Positions 37,284 to 46,640 of a DNA stretch of 64,000 nt are shown here, one piece after another (within the stretch, counting starts at the first letter, position 1; every line of letters starts with the position of its first letter). This DNA is from Burkholderiales bacterium (GTDB lineage: Bacteria > Pseudomonadota > Gammaproteobacteria > Burkholderiales > Usitatibacteraceae). The DNA is taken from assembly GCA_019634955.1 (NCBI GenBank), contig JAHCAK010000007.1, positions 24,734 to 88,733 on the forward strand, read 5' to 3'. A program made the translations under genes and the position numbers. Below the pieces are notes generated by a model, which was not told the DNA's origin, did no database searches, and worked only from the letters and a program-made list of their open reading frames with translations.

Positions 37284-38015
37284 CTAGAGCCCCTGGTAGC
37301 GCACGCCGTTGTCGGTGCGCAGGTCGGCGCGCAGCTGCGTCGTCGTGGCGGCGCGCACTCGCTTCGAGATCTCGCTCGCCGGGTCGTTCAGGTCGCCGAA
37401 GACGATGGCGCCGTGCCCCGCCGCCGCGCAGGCCTCGACGCACGAGGGCGTGCCGCCGCGGTCGACCTTGTGCACGCACAGCGTGCAGCTTTCCACGCAG
37501 CCCTTGCCGCGCGGCACGTCGGGCTTCTGGCCCGTGGTGGGCTCGTGCACGAAGCTCCTCGCCTTGTACGGGCAGGCCATCATGCAGTAGCGGCAGCCGA
37601 TGCAGGTATGGCGGTCGACGAGGACGATCCCGTCCTCGCGCTTGAAGGAGGCGCCGGTGGGGCAGACGTCCACGCAAGGCGGCTCCGCGCAGTGCTGGCA
37701 CATCACGGGCAGCGACACCGCCTTCCCGGACTTGAGGTCCTTCAAGTCCACTTTGCGGATCCACTGCGAGTCCGTGGGCCGCGTGGAGCCGGGCAGCCCG
37801 TTCTCGCGGTTGCAGGCGTCCACGCACTCGCGGCAGCCGCTCGCGCACTTCGTGGTGTCGATGAGCATGCCCCAGCGGACCTTTCCGCTCACGGGCTCCG
37901 CTCCCTGCTTCGCGTGGGCGTAGTCGTAGAGGATAACGCCCGGGGCGATCATGGCGCCCGCGGCGACCGCGGCCTTGCCGAGGAAGTCGCGCCGGCGCTG
38001 GTCGACGGGGTTCAT
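37284..38015 (-). CDS. dsrO: Periplasmic (Tat) 4Fe-4S ferredoxin-like protein DsrO
   Basis: Lies inside track ORF 37284..38297. The ATG at 38015 gives MNPVDQRRRDFLGKAAVAAGAM, a twin-arginine signal. It has several CxxCxxCxxxC clusters and overlaps dsrJ by ATGA. Confidence 0.9.
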   Translation of the reverse strand: MNPVDQRRRDFLGKAAVAAGAMIAPGVILYDYAHAKQGAEPVSGKVRWGMLIDTTKCASGCRECVDACNRENGLPGSTRPTDSQWIRKVDLKDLKSGKAVSLPVMCQHCAEPPCVDVCPTGASFKREDGIVLVDRHTCIGCRYCMMACPYKARSFVHEPTTGQKPDVPRGKGCVESCTLCVHKVDRGGTPSCVEACAAAGHGAIVFGDLNDPASEISKRVRAATTTQLRADLRTDNGVRYQGL

Positions 38016-38416
38016 CGCGCGCCTCCGGTGGCAGGCGCCGCCGCCGTCGCCGCCGGACGCGCGGTCGAGGCGTGGCAGTCGAAGCAGTCGACCTTCACGG
38101 CCGCGTAGTCGTGGCAGCCCTGGCAGAAGTGCCGCTCGGAGCCCAGCACGCGCCCGTCCGCCCTGCTCGCGTGGCAGTCCACGCAGGCCGCGAGGCTGTG
38201 GCGGATGCCGCGGATGCCCTTGCGGACGGTGTCGTCGCGGCCGTGCTTGAGGAAGTCCGGGTGCGAGCGGCGCATGAGCTTCGGGTCCTCGACGCACGGG
38301 CCGGCGCGCGCGGCGTCCAGCGCCGGGCCCGAGGCGTGCGCGAGCGGCCCCGCGGCGCTCCCCGCGAGGAGGAGCGCGGCCGCGGCCGCCGCGCGGAGGA
38401 TGCCTGCCACGGTCAT
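38012..38416 (-). CDS. dsrJ: Triheme cytochrome c DsrJ
   Basis: 134 aa with a signal peptide and three CxxCH motifs (CVDCH, CQGCH, CFDCH). Confidence 0.9.
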   Translation of the reverse strand: MTVAGILRAAAAAALLLAGSAAGPLAHASGPALDAARAGPCVEDPKLMRRSHPDFLKHGRDDTVRKGIRGIRHSLAACVDCHASRADGRVLGSERHFCQGCHDYAAVKVDCFDCHASTARPAATAAAPATGGAR

Positions 38417-38426
38417 GCGCGCCTCC

Positions 38427-40376
38427 CTACTCCCCCAGCCCCATCTGGATGTAGCCGGTGGGGCAGACGTCGCGGCAGATGTGGCAGCCGATGCACTTGT
38501 CGTAGTCGGTGTCGACGTAGCGCCCGGTCGTGCTCTGGTTCTTCTTTACCTTGAAGACCGCCGTCTGCGGGCAGTAGACCACGCAGTTGTCGCACTCGAA
38601 GCACAGGCCGCAGCTCATGCAGCGCTTGGCCTCCTCGATCGCCTGCTTCTCGTCGAGCGCGCCGAGGCGCTCCTCGAAGTTGCCGAGCGCGGTCTCCTTG
38701 GTGAGCGTGATGAAATTGCGCTTCACGCGCGGCGTGAAGCCGAAGTGCCCGAGGAAGAGCTCCTTGTGGGTGATGATGTGGCGGTCGGAGCGGTTGTCGT
38801 AGTTGTGCACGGCGGCCTTGGAGTCGCAGGTGCCCCACATGGGCTCCTTCGCCTCCTCGACCGAGAGCCCCTTCTCGTGCATCTTGCGCACCAGGTCGAA
38901 CTGGTGCACGTCGATCTTCGGGCGCTTCTCGAGGTCCTCGCCGCGCAGGAACCGGTCGATGCCCTCCGCGGCGATGGAGCCGTGGCCGATGGCGGTCGTG
39001 AGCAGGTGCGGGCGGATCACGTCGCCGCCGGCGAACACGCCATCCTTGCCCGCCACGCGGTAGTTGCGGTCGGCGGCGACCGCGCCCTTTCCGTTGTCGA
39101 ACTCCTCGAGGCCCGTGAAGTCGACCGACTGGCCGATGGCCGACACGATGAGGTCGGCCGGGATGTCCTGCTCGGTGCCCGGCTTCATGTCGATCTGCAG
39201 CCGCCCGCCCACGAACTTCGCCTCGCACTGCGCCACGCGCAGGGCCGTGGCGCGCCCGTCGGCGCCCTTCACGATGCCCACGGGAGCCCAGCCGCCGCGG
39301 ATGTCGATGCCCTCGGCCGCGGCCTGCTCGATCTCGTGCTTGTTGGCCTGCATCTTGTCCACGCCGAACACGGAGGTGAGCGTCACCTCGGCGCCCTGCG
39401 CGACCGACACGTGCGCCACGTCGTGCGCCATGTAGCCGGCGATCGCCTGCTCGAAGTCGGTGGGCTTCGCGTTCTCGATGTGGCCGAGGCGCCGCGCGAC
39501 CGTCGCCACGTCGATGGAGGTGTCGCCGCCGCCGACCACGACGACGCGCTTGCCGACGTGGCGCAGGCGCCCGTCGTTGAAGGCCTTCAGGAACGCCGTC
39601 GCCGTCACCACGTTGGGCGCCTGCGAGTCGGCGACCGGCAGCGGCCTGCCGCCCTGCGCGCCCATGCCGAGGAAGACCGCGTCGAAGTCCTTGCGGATCT
39701 GCTCCATGGTGATGTCCGTGCCGACGCGGCACTTGAGGCGCGCCTCGACGCCCAGGTCGAGGATGCGCTGGATCTCGGCGTCGAGGATGTCGCGGGGCGT
39801 TCGAAAGCCCGGGATGCCGTAGCGCATCATGCCGCCGAGGTGCTCGTGGTCGTCGAAGATCGTGACCGCGTGGCCCTTGAGCGCGAGCTGGTAGGCGCAC
39901 GAAAGGCCCGCGGGCCCGCCGCCCAGGATGGCCACCTTCTTGCCCGTGGACTTCTCCGCCTTGCGGTAGGCGAGCTTGTTCGCGGTGGCGTAGTCGCCGA
40001 GGAAGTGCTCGACGGAGTTGATGCCGACGTGATCCTCGACCTCGTTGCGGTTGCAGCCCGTCTCGCAGGGCGCCGGGCAGACGCGGCCCATCACCGACGG
40101 GAACGGGTTCGCCTCGGTGAGGCGGCGCCAGGCGTACTCCTGCCAGGGCATGCCCTGCGGGGGCTTCTCCGTCTGGCGCACGACCTGCAGCCAGCCGCGG
40201 ATGTCCTCGCCCGACGGGCAGCTGCCCTGGCACGGCGGCGTGGACTGGATGTAGGTCGGGCACTTGTGCGACCACGACGCCTGGAAGATCTGGTCCTGCC
40301 AGCGCACGGGCTTCGCGTCGCCGTCCTTGTAGCGCCGGAAGGTGAGGGCTTGGGTTTCCTGGGGGTTGGCGGCCAC
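38427..40376 (-). CDS. dsrL: NAD(P)H:acceptor oxidoreductase DsrL (GltD-like, FeS + FAD)
   Basis: 649 aa with an N-terminal FeS Cys cluster, two dinucleotide folds (KKVAILGGGPAGLSCAY, KRVVVVGGGDTSIDV) and a C-terminal 2x[4Fe-4S] ferredoxin domain (CMSCGLCFECDNC...CIGCHICRDVCP). Confidence 0.9.
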   Translation of the reverse strand: MAANPQETQALTFRRYKDGDAKPVRWQDQIFQASWSHKCPTYIQSTPPCQGSCPSGEDIRGWLQVVRQTEKPPQGMPWQEYAWRRLTEANPFPSVMGRVCPAPCETGCNRNEVEDHVGINSVEHFLGDYATANKLAYRKAEKSTGKKVAILGGGPAGLSCAYQLALKGHAVTIFDDHEHLGGMMRYGIPGFRTPRDILDAEIQRILDLGVEARLKCRVGTDITMEQIRKDFDAVFLGMGAQGGRPLPVADSQAPNVVTATAFLKAFNDGRLRHVGKRVVVVGGGDTSIDVATVARRLGHIENAKPTDFEQAIAGYMAHDVAHVSVAQGAEVTLTSVFGVDKMQANKHEIEQAAAEGIDIRGGWAPVGIVKGADGRATALRVAQCEAKFVGGRLQIDMKPGTEQDIPADLIVSAIGQSVDFTGLEEFDNGKGAVAADRNYRVAGKDGVFAGGDVIRPHLLTTAIGHGSIAAEGIDRFLRGEDLEKRPKIDVHQFDLVRKMHEKGLSVEEAKEPMWGTCDSKAAVHNYDNRSDRHIITHKELFLGHFGFTPRVKRNFITLTKETALGNFEERLGALDEKQAIEEAKRCMSCGLCFECDNCVVYCPQTAVFKVKKNQSTTGRYVDTDYDKCIGCHICRDVCPTGYIQMGLGE

Positions 40377-40416
40377 GGTGTCCTCCGTATCGTTGTCGTG
40401 TGGGTGCGGGGCGCGG

Positions 40417-41943
40417 CTACTGCTTCGCCCCGAGCCGGATGGCGGTGCTCACGAGCTGGTGGACGCCGCCCACCATGCTCCGGTTGAATCCGTAATAGGG
40501 CAGGACCTTGGTGAACTGCGCCTTGCAGATGGCGCAGATGGTCGCCATGAAGTTGACGCCGTGGCGGTCCGCCACCTCGCGCAGCGACTCCATCCTCGGC
40601 AAGGCGCCCTTGACGCGCAGGTCGAGCAGCTCGTCGGTGAGCAGCCCCCCGCCCCCGCCGCAGCAGAAGGTCGCCTCGTGGGTCGTGCCGGGGCGCATCT
40701 CGACGTACCTGTTGGCCACCGCCCTCACCAGCGCCCGCGGGATCTCGAACTGGCCGCCCGGGTCGTCGCCCATGCGCGAGGCGCGCGCGACGTTGCAGGA
40801 GTCGTGGAAGGTGACGACGCGGTGGTCGTTCGCCTCCTTGTCGAGGACCAGGGCGCCCTTCTGCACGAGGTCCCAGGTGAGCTCGCAGATGTGCGTGGGC
40901 TGGCGGTAGCGGTGGTCCAGCTGGCTCTGGAGCATGCGGGCGAACGGGTCGTCCGCGCCGGAGCCGATGCCCGCGAGCGTGTTCCAGAAGCTGTAGGCCA
41001 CGCGCCACGCGTGCCCGCACTCGCCGACCACGATGCGCTTCACGCCCAGGTCGAGCGCGGCCTCGCGGATGCGCATCGCGATGGCGCGCATCTGCTCGTA
41101 GTTGCCGATGAAGAGCCCGAAGTTGCCGGCCTCGGAGGCGTGCGAGGAGAGCGTCCAGGAGATGCCGGCGGCGTGGAACACCTTGGCGTAGCCGATGAGG
41201 CTGTCGACGTGCGGCTCGGCGAAGAAGTCGGCCGAGGGCGTGATGAGAAGCACCTCCGCGCCCTTCACGTCGAGGGGGAACTTCACGTCGGCGCCGGTCT
41301 CCTCCTTCGTGTCCTCCTCCAGGCCCAGGAGCGTGTCCTCGAGCGCCGGGCCCGGGAGCCCCAGGTTGTTGCCGATCTTGTGGACCTTGCCGATGATCTC
41401 GTTCGTGTACTTCTGGCCGTAGCCCACGCTGTCCAGGATCTCCTTGGCGGCCATGGTCACCTCGGCCGTGTCGATCCCGTAGGGGCAGAAGACGGAGCAG
41501 CGGCGGCACTCGGAGCACTGGTTGTAGTACTTGTACCAGTCGTCGAGGACGTCCCTCGTCAGCTCGCGCGCGCCCACGAGCTTCGGGAAGAGCTTGCCGG
41601 GCAGCGTGAAGTGGCGGCGGTACACCCCGCGCATCAGCTCCTGGCGGGCCACGGGCATGTTCTTGGGGTCGCCCGTGCCGAGGAAGTAGTGGCACTTGTC
41701 CGTGCAGGCGCCGCAGTGCACGCAGGCGTCGAGGTAGACGCGCAGGCTGCGGTACTTGCCCACGAGTTCCCCCATCTTGGAGATGGCCTTGTCGTGCCAG
41801 TCGTCGACGAGCTTGCCGGGGAAGCCGATGGCCTCCTGCATCTTTTCCGTCGCCACGTACGGCTGCGAGGCCGCCATCGCGTCCGGCTGGATCGCGGGCG
41901 GGACGGGGAACTCCCGGAGCGGCGGGGCGGTGACGTCGGCCAT
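40417..41943 (-). CDS. dsrK: HdrD-like FeS/CCG-domain protein DsrK
   Basis: 508 aa with ferredoxin motifs (CVHCGACTDKC, CSECRRCSVFCP) and CCG-domain cysteines (FCCGGGGG). Confidence 0.95.
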   Translation of the reverse strand: MADVTAPPLREFPVPPAIQPDAMAASQPYVATEKMQEAIGFPGKLVDDWHDKAISKMGELVGKYRSLRVYLDACVHCGACTDKCHYFLGTGDPKNMPVARQELMRGVYRRHFTLPGKLFPKLVGARELTRDVLDDWYKYYNQCSECRRCSVFCPYGIDTAEVTMAAKEILDSVGYGQKYTNEIIGKVHKIGNNLGLPGPALEDTLLGLEEDTKEETGADVKFPLDVKGAEVLLITPSADFFAEPHVDSLIGYAKVFHAAGISWTLSSHASEAGNFGLFIGNYEQMRAIAMRIREAALDLGVKRIVVGECGHAWRVAYSFWNTLAGIGSGADDPFARMLQSQLDHRYRQPTHICELTWDLVQKGALVLDKEANDHRVVTFHDSCNVARASRMGDDPGGQFEIPRALVRAVANRYVEMRPGTTHEATFCCGGGGGLLTDELLDLRVKGALPRMESLREVADRHGVNFMATICAICKAQFTKVLPYYGFNRSMVGGVHQLVSTAIRLGAKQ

Positions 41944-41949
41944 GGCTGC

Positions 41950-42672
41950 CTACTTGGAGTCCAGCCGCGCCGCCCACTCGGCCAGGTGCCGGCGCTCGCG
42001 CGGGTCGTCGGCCTGGTTGCGGCCGGGGCTGAAGAAGAGCCCGGGGGCGTGCAGCAGCTTGGAGAAGGGGAAGACGAGCATCAGCGCCGCGACCAGCCCC
42101 AGGTGCACGGCGAGGAGCGGGTCGGCGGGCAGGCTGCGCACCTCGAAGCGCATGAGGCCGAGGAAGAACGCCTTCACGGCCACCACGTCGGTGTGCGCGA
42201 CGTACTTCATGGCGAGCCCGGAGAGCGCGATCGCGACGAGCAGCGCCAGCATCAGGTGGTCCGAGGGCGTCGAGATGTAGCGGACGCGGTCGACGAGGAA
42301 GCGCCGGGCCCACAGGCCCGCGAGCCCCGCCACCATCGCGAACCCGGCATACACGCCGAAGGGCTGCGCGAACGCGACCCACGACCACACGGGCTCGGTG
42401 AAGTAGCGCAGGTGCCGCACCAGGACGAGGGCGAGCGCCGCGTGGAACACCCAGCCGAAGAGCCAGGTCCACAGCGTCGCCTTGAACAGGCTCTCGAAGA
42501 GCACCACCTCCCGCACGAGGCGCAGCGCCACGCCGCCCTTCGTCGTCGGCGCGGGCGTGGTCGGGATCTTCAGCGGCGCGGGCGTGCCGGCGTACTGGCG
42601 GATGCGCACCGCGAGCCCCGCCACCAGGACGGCGGCGGCGAGGTAGAAGAGCCCGGCGAAAATGGTGGCCAT
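41950..42672 (-). CDS. dsrM: NarI-like diheme b membrane protein DsrM
   Basis: 240 aa with 5 TM helices and conserved His residues. It lies directly upstream of dsrK. Confidence 0.9.
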   Translation of the reverse strand: MATIFAGLFYLAAAVLVAGLAVRIRQYAGTPAPLKIPTTPAPTTKGGVALRLVREVVLFESLFKATLWTWLFGWVFHAALALVLVRHLRYFTEPVWSWVAFAQPFGVYAGFAMVAGLAGLWARRFLVDRVRYISTPSDHLMLALLVAIALSGLAMKYVAHTDVVAVKAFFLGLMRFEVRSLPADPLLAVHLGLVAALMLVFPFSKLLHAPGLFFSPGRNQADDPRERRHLAEWAARLDSK

Positions 42673-42718
42673 GGCGGCGGAGCCAGGCGCGGCTTGACCC
42701 CGCGCCCGGCCGGCGGCG

Positions 42719-43054
42719 TCAGACGCAGCCCGTGGGCTTCGGCAGGCCGGCGATCTTGCACGCCTGCTTGGCGGGGCCGTAGGGGAAGAGCTCGTACAGG
42801 TACTGGTTGCTGCCCTTCTCCGGCCCCAGCTTCTTGCCGATGGCCTTCGTGAGCACGCGCACGGCCGGCGCGATCTGGTACTCGTTGTAGTACTCCCGCA
42901 GGAAGTTCACGACCTCCCAGTGGTTGTCGCTCATCTCGATCTTCTCGGCCTTGGCGATCTCGCCGGCGAGCTCCTCGTTCCAGTCGGCGAGGTTCACCAG
43001 GTAGCCTTCCTCGTCGACTTCATAGGTCTTGCCGCCCGCATCGATGGTGCCCAT
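42719..43054 (-). CDS. dsrC: Sulfur-carrier protein DsrC
   Basis: 111 aa ending in CKIAGLPKPTGCV, which carries both conserved cysteines (CysB-X10-CysA). Confidence 0.95.
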   Translation of the reverse strand: MGTIDAGGKTYEVDEEGYLVNLADWNEELAGEIAKAEKIEMSDNHWEVVNFLREYYNEYQIAPAVRVLTKAIGKKLGPEKGSNQYLYELFPYGPAKQACKIAGLPKPTGCV

Positions 43055-43116
43055 TCGTTTCTCCTTTACGTTTCGGGTTTCGCGTTGTCGCTCCGGCTGG
43101 TGGGCCGTGTTCCGCG

Positions 43117-43419
43117 CTACAGCCAGGACTGCACGCGGGGGTTCTGGGTGACCAGGTCGACGAAGCCGCGGTAGTCGACCTGCACGATGCCTTCGGCCAC
43201 GGCGCCGGCGCGCGCGCGCGCCTCGAGGTCGGGCCTGAGCACGAAGAGCTTCACGCCCGCGCCGATGGCCCGGCCCACCGCCCCGGCGGCGGCGTGGCCC
43301 TTCGTGGCGGCGTAGACGGCGTCCTCGATGAGGAGCACCGAGTGGCCCGGGCGGGCGTGCGCGAGGCAGCTCGCGAGGGTGGAGCGCTCGCCGGGGGACT
43401 TGTTGACGATGTGCAGCAT
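43117..43419 (-). CDS. dsrH: Sulfurtransferase complex subunit DsrH (TusB-like)
   Basis: 100 aa: MLHIVNKSP...LLIEDAVYAA, the DsrH/TusB signature. It lies after dsrF. Confidence 0.9.
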   Translation of the reverse strand: MLHIVNKSPGERSTLASCLAHARPGHSVLLIEDAVYAATKGHAAAGAVGRAIGAGVKLFVLRPDLEARARAGAVAEGIVQVDYRGFVDLVTQNPRVQSWL

Positions 43420-43439
43420 GGCGTCGGTCTCTCTCGTTC

Positions 43440-43814
43440 TCAGAAGCTGATCATCACGTCCATCTCGTCCATGAGCGCGGCCATCCCGGCCGCGTCAAGG
43501 ACCGTCACGTCCACGAGGAGGTCGTCCTCCGTGAGGCCGCGCGCCTCGAGCGACTCGCGCTCGACGTAGAGCTTCTCGATGTCGTAGCCCTCGAGCGCCC
43601 GGTAGGTGGGCGAGAAATTCTTGGCCTCGATCGCCTTGGTGTTCTGCCCCTTGGCGAGCTGGTAGACCCCGTCGTCCAGGAAGGCGAGCCCCACGTCCTG
43701 GTCGAAGGCGGCGCTGATGAGCACCACCTCCAGGCCCTCCAGCGCGTAGACGCTGCCGTAGGGGGCCTTGCGGTTCACGAAGAGGAACTTCTTGACGGTG
43801 CCGGTCGCTTCCAT
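43440..43814 (-). CDS. dsrF: Sulfurtransferase complex subunit DsrF (TusC-like)
   Basis: 124 aa: KKFLFVNRKAPYGSVYALEGLEVVLISAAFDQDV..., the DsrF/TusC family pattern. Confidence 0.9.
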   Translation of the reverse strand: MEATGTVKKFLFVNRKAPYGSVYALEGLEVVLISAAFDQDVGLAFLDDGVYQLAKGQNTKAIEAKNFSPTYRALEGYDIEKLYVERESLEARGLTEDDLLVDVTVLDAAGMAALMDEMDVMISF

Positions 43815-43818
43815 TTCC

Positions 43819-44178
43819 CTAGTCCCCGAAGACGACGAGGCGGTCGGACTGGATGGCCGACTCCACGAGCTGCCCGAGCCCCGAGATGCGGAAGCCCTGC
43901 GCGAGGTTCTGCTCGACGATGCCGCGGCGCAGCGCCGCGGCCACGCACACCACGAGGTCCACGCCGTGCTCCTCGGCGAGCTTGGCCCAGCGCGCCACGA
44001 CGTTCCTGTCGTCCTGCGGCGGCTCGGTGAGCTTGGTCGCGTTGTTGACCCCGTCGTGGTAGAAGAACACGCGCTCGATCTGGTGGCCGGCCTCGATCGC
44101 CGCCCTGCAGAAGAGGTAGGCGCTGTCGCTCGACTGGTGCTGGTACGGCCCCTCGTTCACCATCACTCCGATCTTCAC
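43819..44178 (-). CDS. dsrE: Sulfurtransferase complex subunit DsrE (TusD-like)
   Basis: Tail of track ORF 43819..45132. The GTG at 44178, after GGGAG, gives VKIGVMVNEGPYQHQSSDSAYLFCRAAIEAGH...VVCVAAALRRGI (active-site Cys)...ISGLGQLVESAIQSDRLVVFGD. Confidence 0.9.
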   Translation of the reverse strand: MKIGVMVNEGPYQHQSSDSAYLFCRAAIEAGHQIERVFFYHDGVNNATKLTEPPQDDRNVVARWAKLAEEHGVDLVVCVAAALRRGIVEQNLAQGFRISGLGQLVESAIQSDRLVVFGD

Positions 44179-44213
44179 TTCGTCGTCGCTCCCTTGGCTT
44201 TTCCCGCGGCCCG

Positions 44214-45296
44214 CTAGAAGCGGATGTGCGCCGAGGCGTTGAGGTTCGAGCGCGAGCCGCGCCAGTCGTCGATGAGGTACTTCGTGAACGGCAGGCCCGT
44301 CTTCTCGAAGAAGCGCGGCCAGCCGATGCGCTCGACCCAGTCCGAAAGCCGCTCCCAGGGGCGGGCGTCGGCCTTGTAGGTGTAGAGGATCTTCTTCACG
44401 ATCTCCGACACCTCGGGCCAGCGCGGCGGGTTGTTGGGGATGCCGGAGGCCACCATCTTCATGAAGGTGGGCTTGCCGCGGGCGTTCGAGTTCTTGCCGC
44501 CCACCCAGATCGCGAACTTGGAGTGCTCGGGGTCGTTGATCTGCATCGGCGGGCACGGCGGGTAGCACGCGCCGCAGCAGATGCACTTCTTCTCGTCGAC
44601 CTCCAGCGAGGGCTTGCCGTTCACCAGCGCCGGCCGGATGGCCGCCACCGGGCAGCGCGCGACGACGGCCGGGCGCTCGCAGACGTTGGCCACCAGGTCG
44701 TGGTTGATCTTGGGCGGCTTGGTGTGCTGGATGATGATGGCGATGTCGGCCTGGCCGCCGCAGTTGATCTCGCAGCAGGAGGTCGACAGGTGCACGCGGT
44801 TGGGCATCTCCTCCTTGACGAACTCCTCGTGCAGGTCGTCCATCAGGGCCTTCACGGCGCCGCTGGCGTCGGTGCCCGGGATGTCGCAGTGCAGCCAGCC
44901 CTGGGTGTGGGCGATCATCGTCACCGAGTTGCCGGTGCCGCCCACGGGGAAGCCGTTGCGGGTGAGCTCCTCGATGAGCGGGGCGACCTTCTTCTCGTCG
45001 GACACCATGAACTCGATGTTCGAGCGGATGGTGAAGCGCACGTGCCCTTCCGCGTACTTGTCGGCGATGTCGCAGAGCTTCCGGATCGTGTAGACGTCCA
45101 TCTGGCGCTGCGTACCGGCGCGCACGCTCCACACCTCGTCGCCGGTGTGGGAGACGTGGTGCAGGACGCCCGGCCGCGGCCGGTCGTGGTACTTCCAGTT
45201 GCCGTAGTTCTTCGCGAGCTTCGGGTGCAGGAAGGGCTTGTTGTCGGGCACGCCCGACTCGATCGCGCGGCGCGGGGTGGCGGTAGCGGTGGCCAT
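44214..45296 (-). CDS. dsrB: Reverse-type dissimilatory sulfite reductase beta subunit
   Basis: 360 aa with siroheme/FeS Cys motifs and a ferredoxin insert (CICCGACYPPCP). It lies directly after dsrA. Confidence 0.97.
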   Translation of the reverse strand: MATATATPRRAIESGVPDNKPFLHPKLAKNYGNWKYHDRPRPGVLHHVSHTGDEVWSVRAGTQRQMDVYTIRKLCDIADKYAEGHVRFTIRSNIEFMVSDEKKVAPLIEELTRNGFPVGGTGNSVTMIAHTQGWLHCDIPGTDASGAVKALMDDLHEEFVKEEMPNRVHLSTSCCEINCGGQADIAIIIQHTKPPKINHDLVANVCERPAVVARCPVAAIRPALVNGKPSLEVDEKKCICCGACYPPCPPMQINDPEHSKFAIWVGGKNSNARGKPTFMKMVASGIPNNPPRWPEVSEIVKKILYTYKADARPWERLSDWVERIGWPRFFEKTGLPFTKYLIDDWRGSRSNLNASAHIRF

Positions 45297-45344
45297 GTCA
45301 GTTGCTCCGGATTCTGATTGCGGCGGGTTCGGGGGGGCGCGGGC

Positions 45345-46640
45345 TCAGGCGGCCTTCTGCTTCGCCTTGATCTTCGCGACCTCGTCGTCCCACCCGTCGG
45401 TGCGGACGTACGGGTTCATGCGCGGCGAGGAGACCATGTTGGGGTCGACCTCGAGGCCCACGCCCTCCAGGAAGTTCACCAGGCCGATGCGCTCGATCGT
45501 CTCGCCGATGCGCTCGTGCTCCAGCGCGTTCTCGGCGAAGAAGTCGACGATGCGCTTGCCGAGGTCCACGAGCTGCTCGCGGTCCTCGTCCGTCTCGAGC
45601 TTCATGAAGGGCACGACCACGGTGCCCATGAGGTCGCCGATCTTGAGCGTGCGCTTGCCGCCCACCAGGATGGTGGCGCCCTTGTCCTTGCCCGGGGCCA
45701 GCGCGCCGGTCATCACGTTGATGCAGTGCATGCAGCGCACGCAGTCGCGGTTCTCGATGCACAGGGCCTTGTCGTCGGAGACCTTCACCGTCGAGAGCGT
45801 GGGGCCCGACGGGATCTTCGCCGCGTCGACCAGCTGGATCGCCTTGGTGGGGCAGCGGCTCACGACGTCGTTCACGAGGTCGTTCAGGCCGTGCTTGGCG
45901 AAGTACTTGCGGGCCAGCGCCTCGTCGGTGCGGATGTTGTCGCGCCAGGTGCCGATCACGGCCATGTCCGAGCGCTGGATCGCGTTCATGCAGTCGTTCG
46001 GGCAGCCCGAGAACTTGAACTTGAACTTGTAGGGCAGCGACGGGCGGTGGATGTCGTCGGTGAAGTTGTTGAGCACGGTGCGGTGCGCGCTCGCCTCGTC
46101 GTAGCACGACTGCTCGCAGCGCGCGGCGCCCACGCAGGACATGGAGGTGCGCACGGCGGGGCCCGCGCCGCCCAGGTCGAAGCCCAGCTCGTTGATCTCG
46201 TCGAACGCGTCCTGGACCTTGTCGGAGCGGGCGCCCTGGAACATGATGTCGCCGCTCTGGCCGTGGAAGGCGATGAGGCCGGAGCCGTGGCGCTCCCAGG
46301 TGTCGCAGAGCTTCCTCAGGATGTCGGTGCTGTAGTGCATGCCCGGGGGCGGCATGACGCGCAGGGTGTGGAATTCGGCCGCGTCCGGGAACCGGGGCTT
46401 GCCCGACTCGTCCTTGAGCTCGGTGAAGCGCGGGATGATGCCGCCGCCGTACCCGAACACGCTCACGGTGCCGCCCTTCCAGTAGCCCTTCTTCGTGTTG
46501 TACGACGTCTCCAGCTGGCCGAGCAGGTCGACCATCATGTCGTTGTCCTTGGCCAGGCGCTTGAGCCCCGTCACGAAGCTCGGCCAGGGGCCGCTCTCCA
46601 GCGCGTCGAGCATGGGCGTCTCGTGCATTTTCTTAGCCAT
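45345..46640 (-). CDS. dsrA: Reverse-type dissimilatory sulfite reductase alpha subunit
   Basis: 431 aa: MAKKMHETPMLDALESGPWPSFVTGLKRLA... with a ferredoxin insert (CVRCMHCINV). Linkage to dsrEFH and dsrL is typical of oxidative (rDsr) systems. Confidence 0.97.
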   Translation of the reverse strand: MAKKMHETPMLDALESGPWPSFVTGLKRLAKDNDMMVDLLGQLETSYNTKKGYWKGGTVSVFGYGGGIIPRFTELKDESGKPRFPDAAEFHTLRVMPPPGMHYSTDILRKLCDTWERHGSGLIAFHGQSGDIMFQGARSDKVQDAFDEINELGFDLGGAGPAVRTSMSCVGAARCEQSCYDEASAHRTVLNNFTDDIHRPSLPYKFKFKFSGCPNDCMNAIQRSDMAVIGTWRDNIRTDEALARKYFAKHGLNDLVNDVVSRCPTKAIQLVDAAKIPSGPTLSTVKVSDDKALCIENRDCVRCMHCINVMTGALAPGKDKGATILVGGKRTLKIGDLMGTVVVPFMKLETDEDREQLVDLGKRIVDFFAENALEHERIGETIERIGLVNFLEGVGLEVDPNMVSSPRMNPYVRTDGWDDEVAKIKAKQKAA

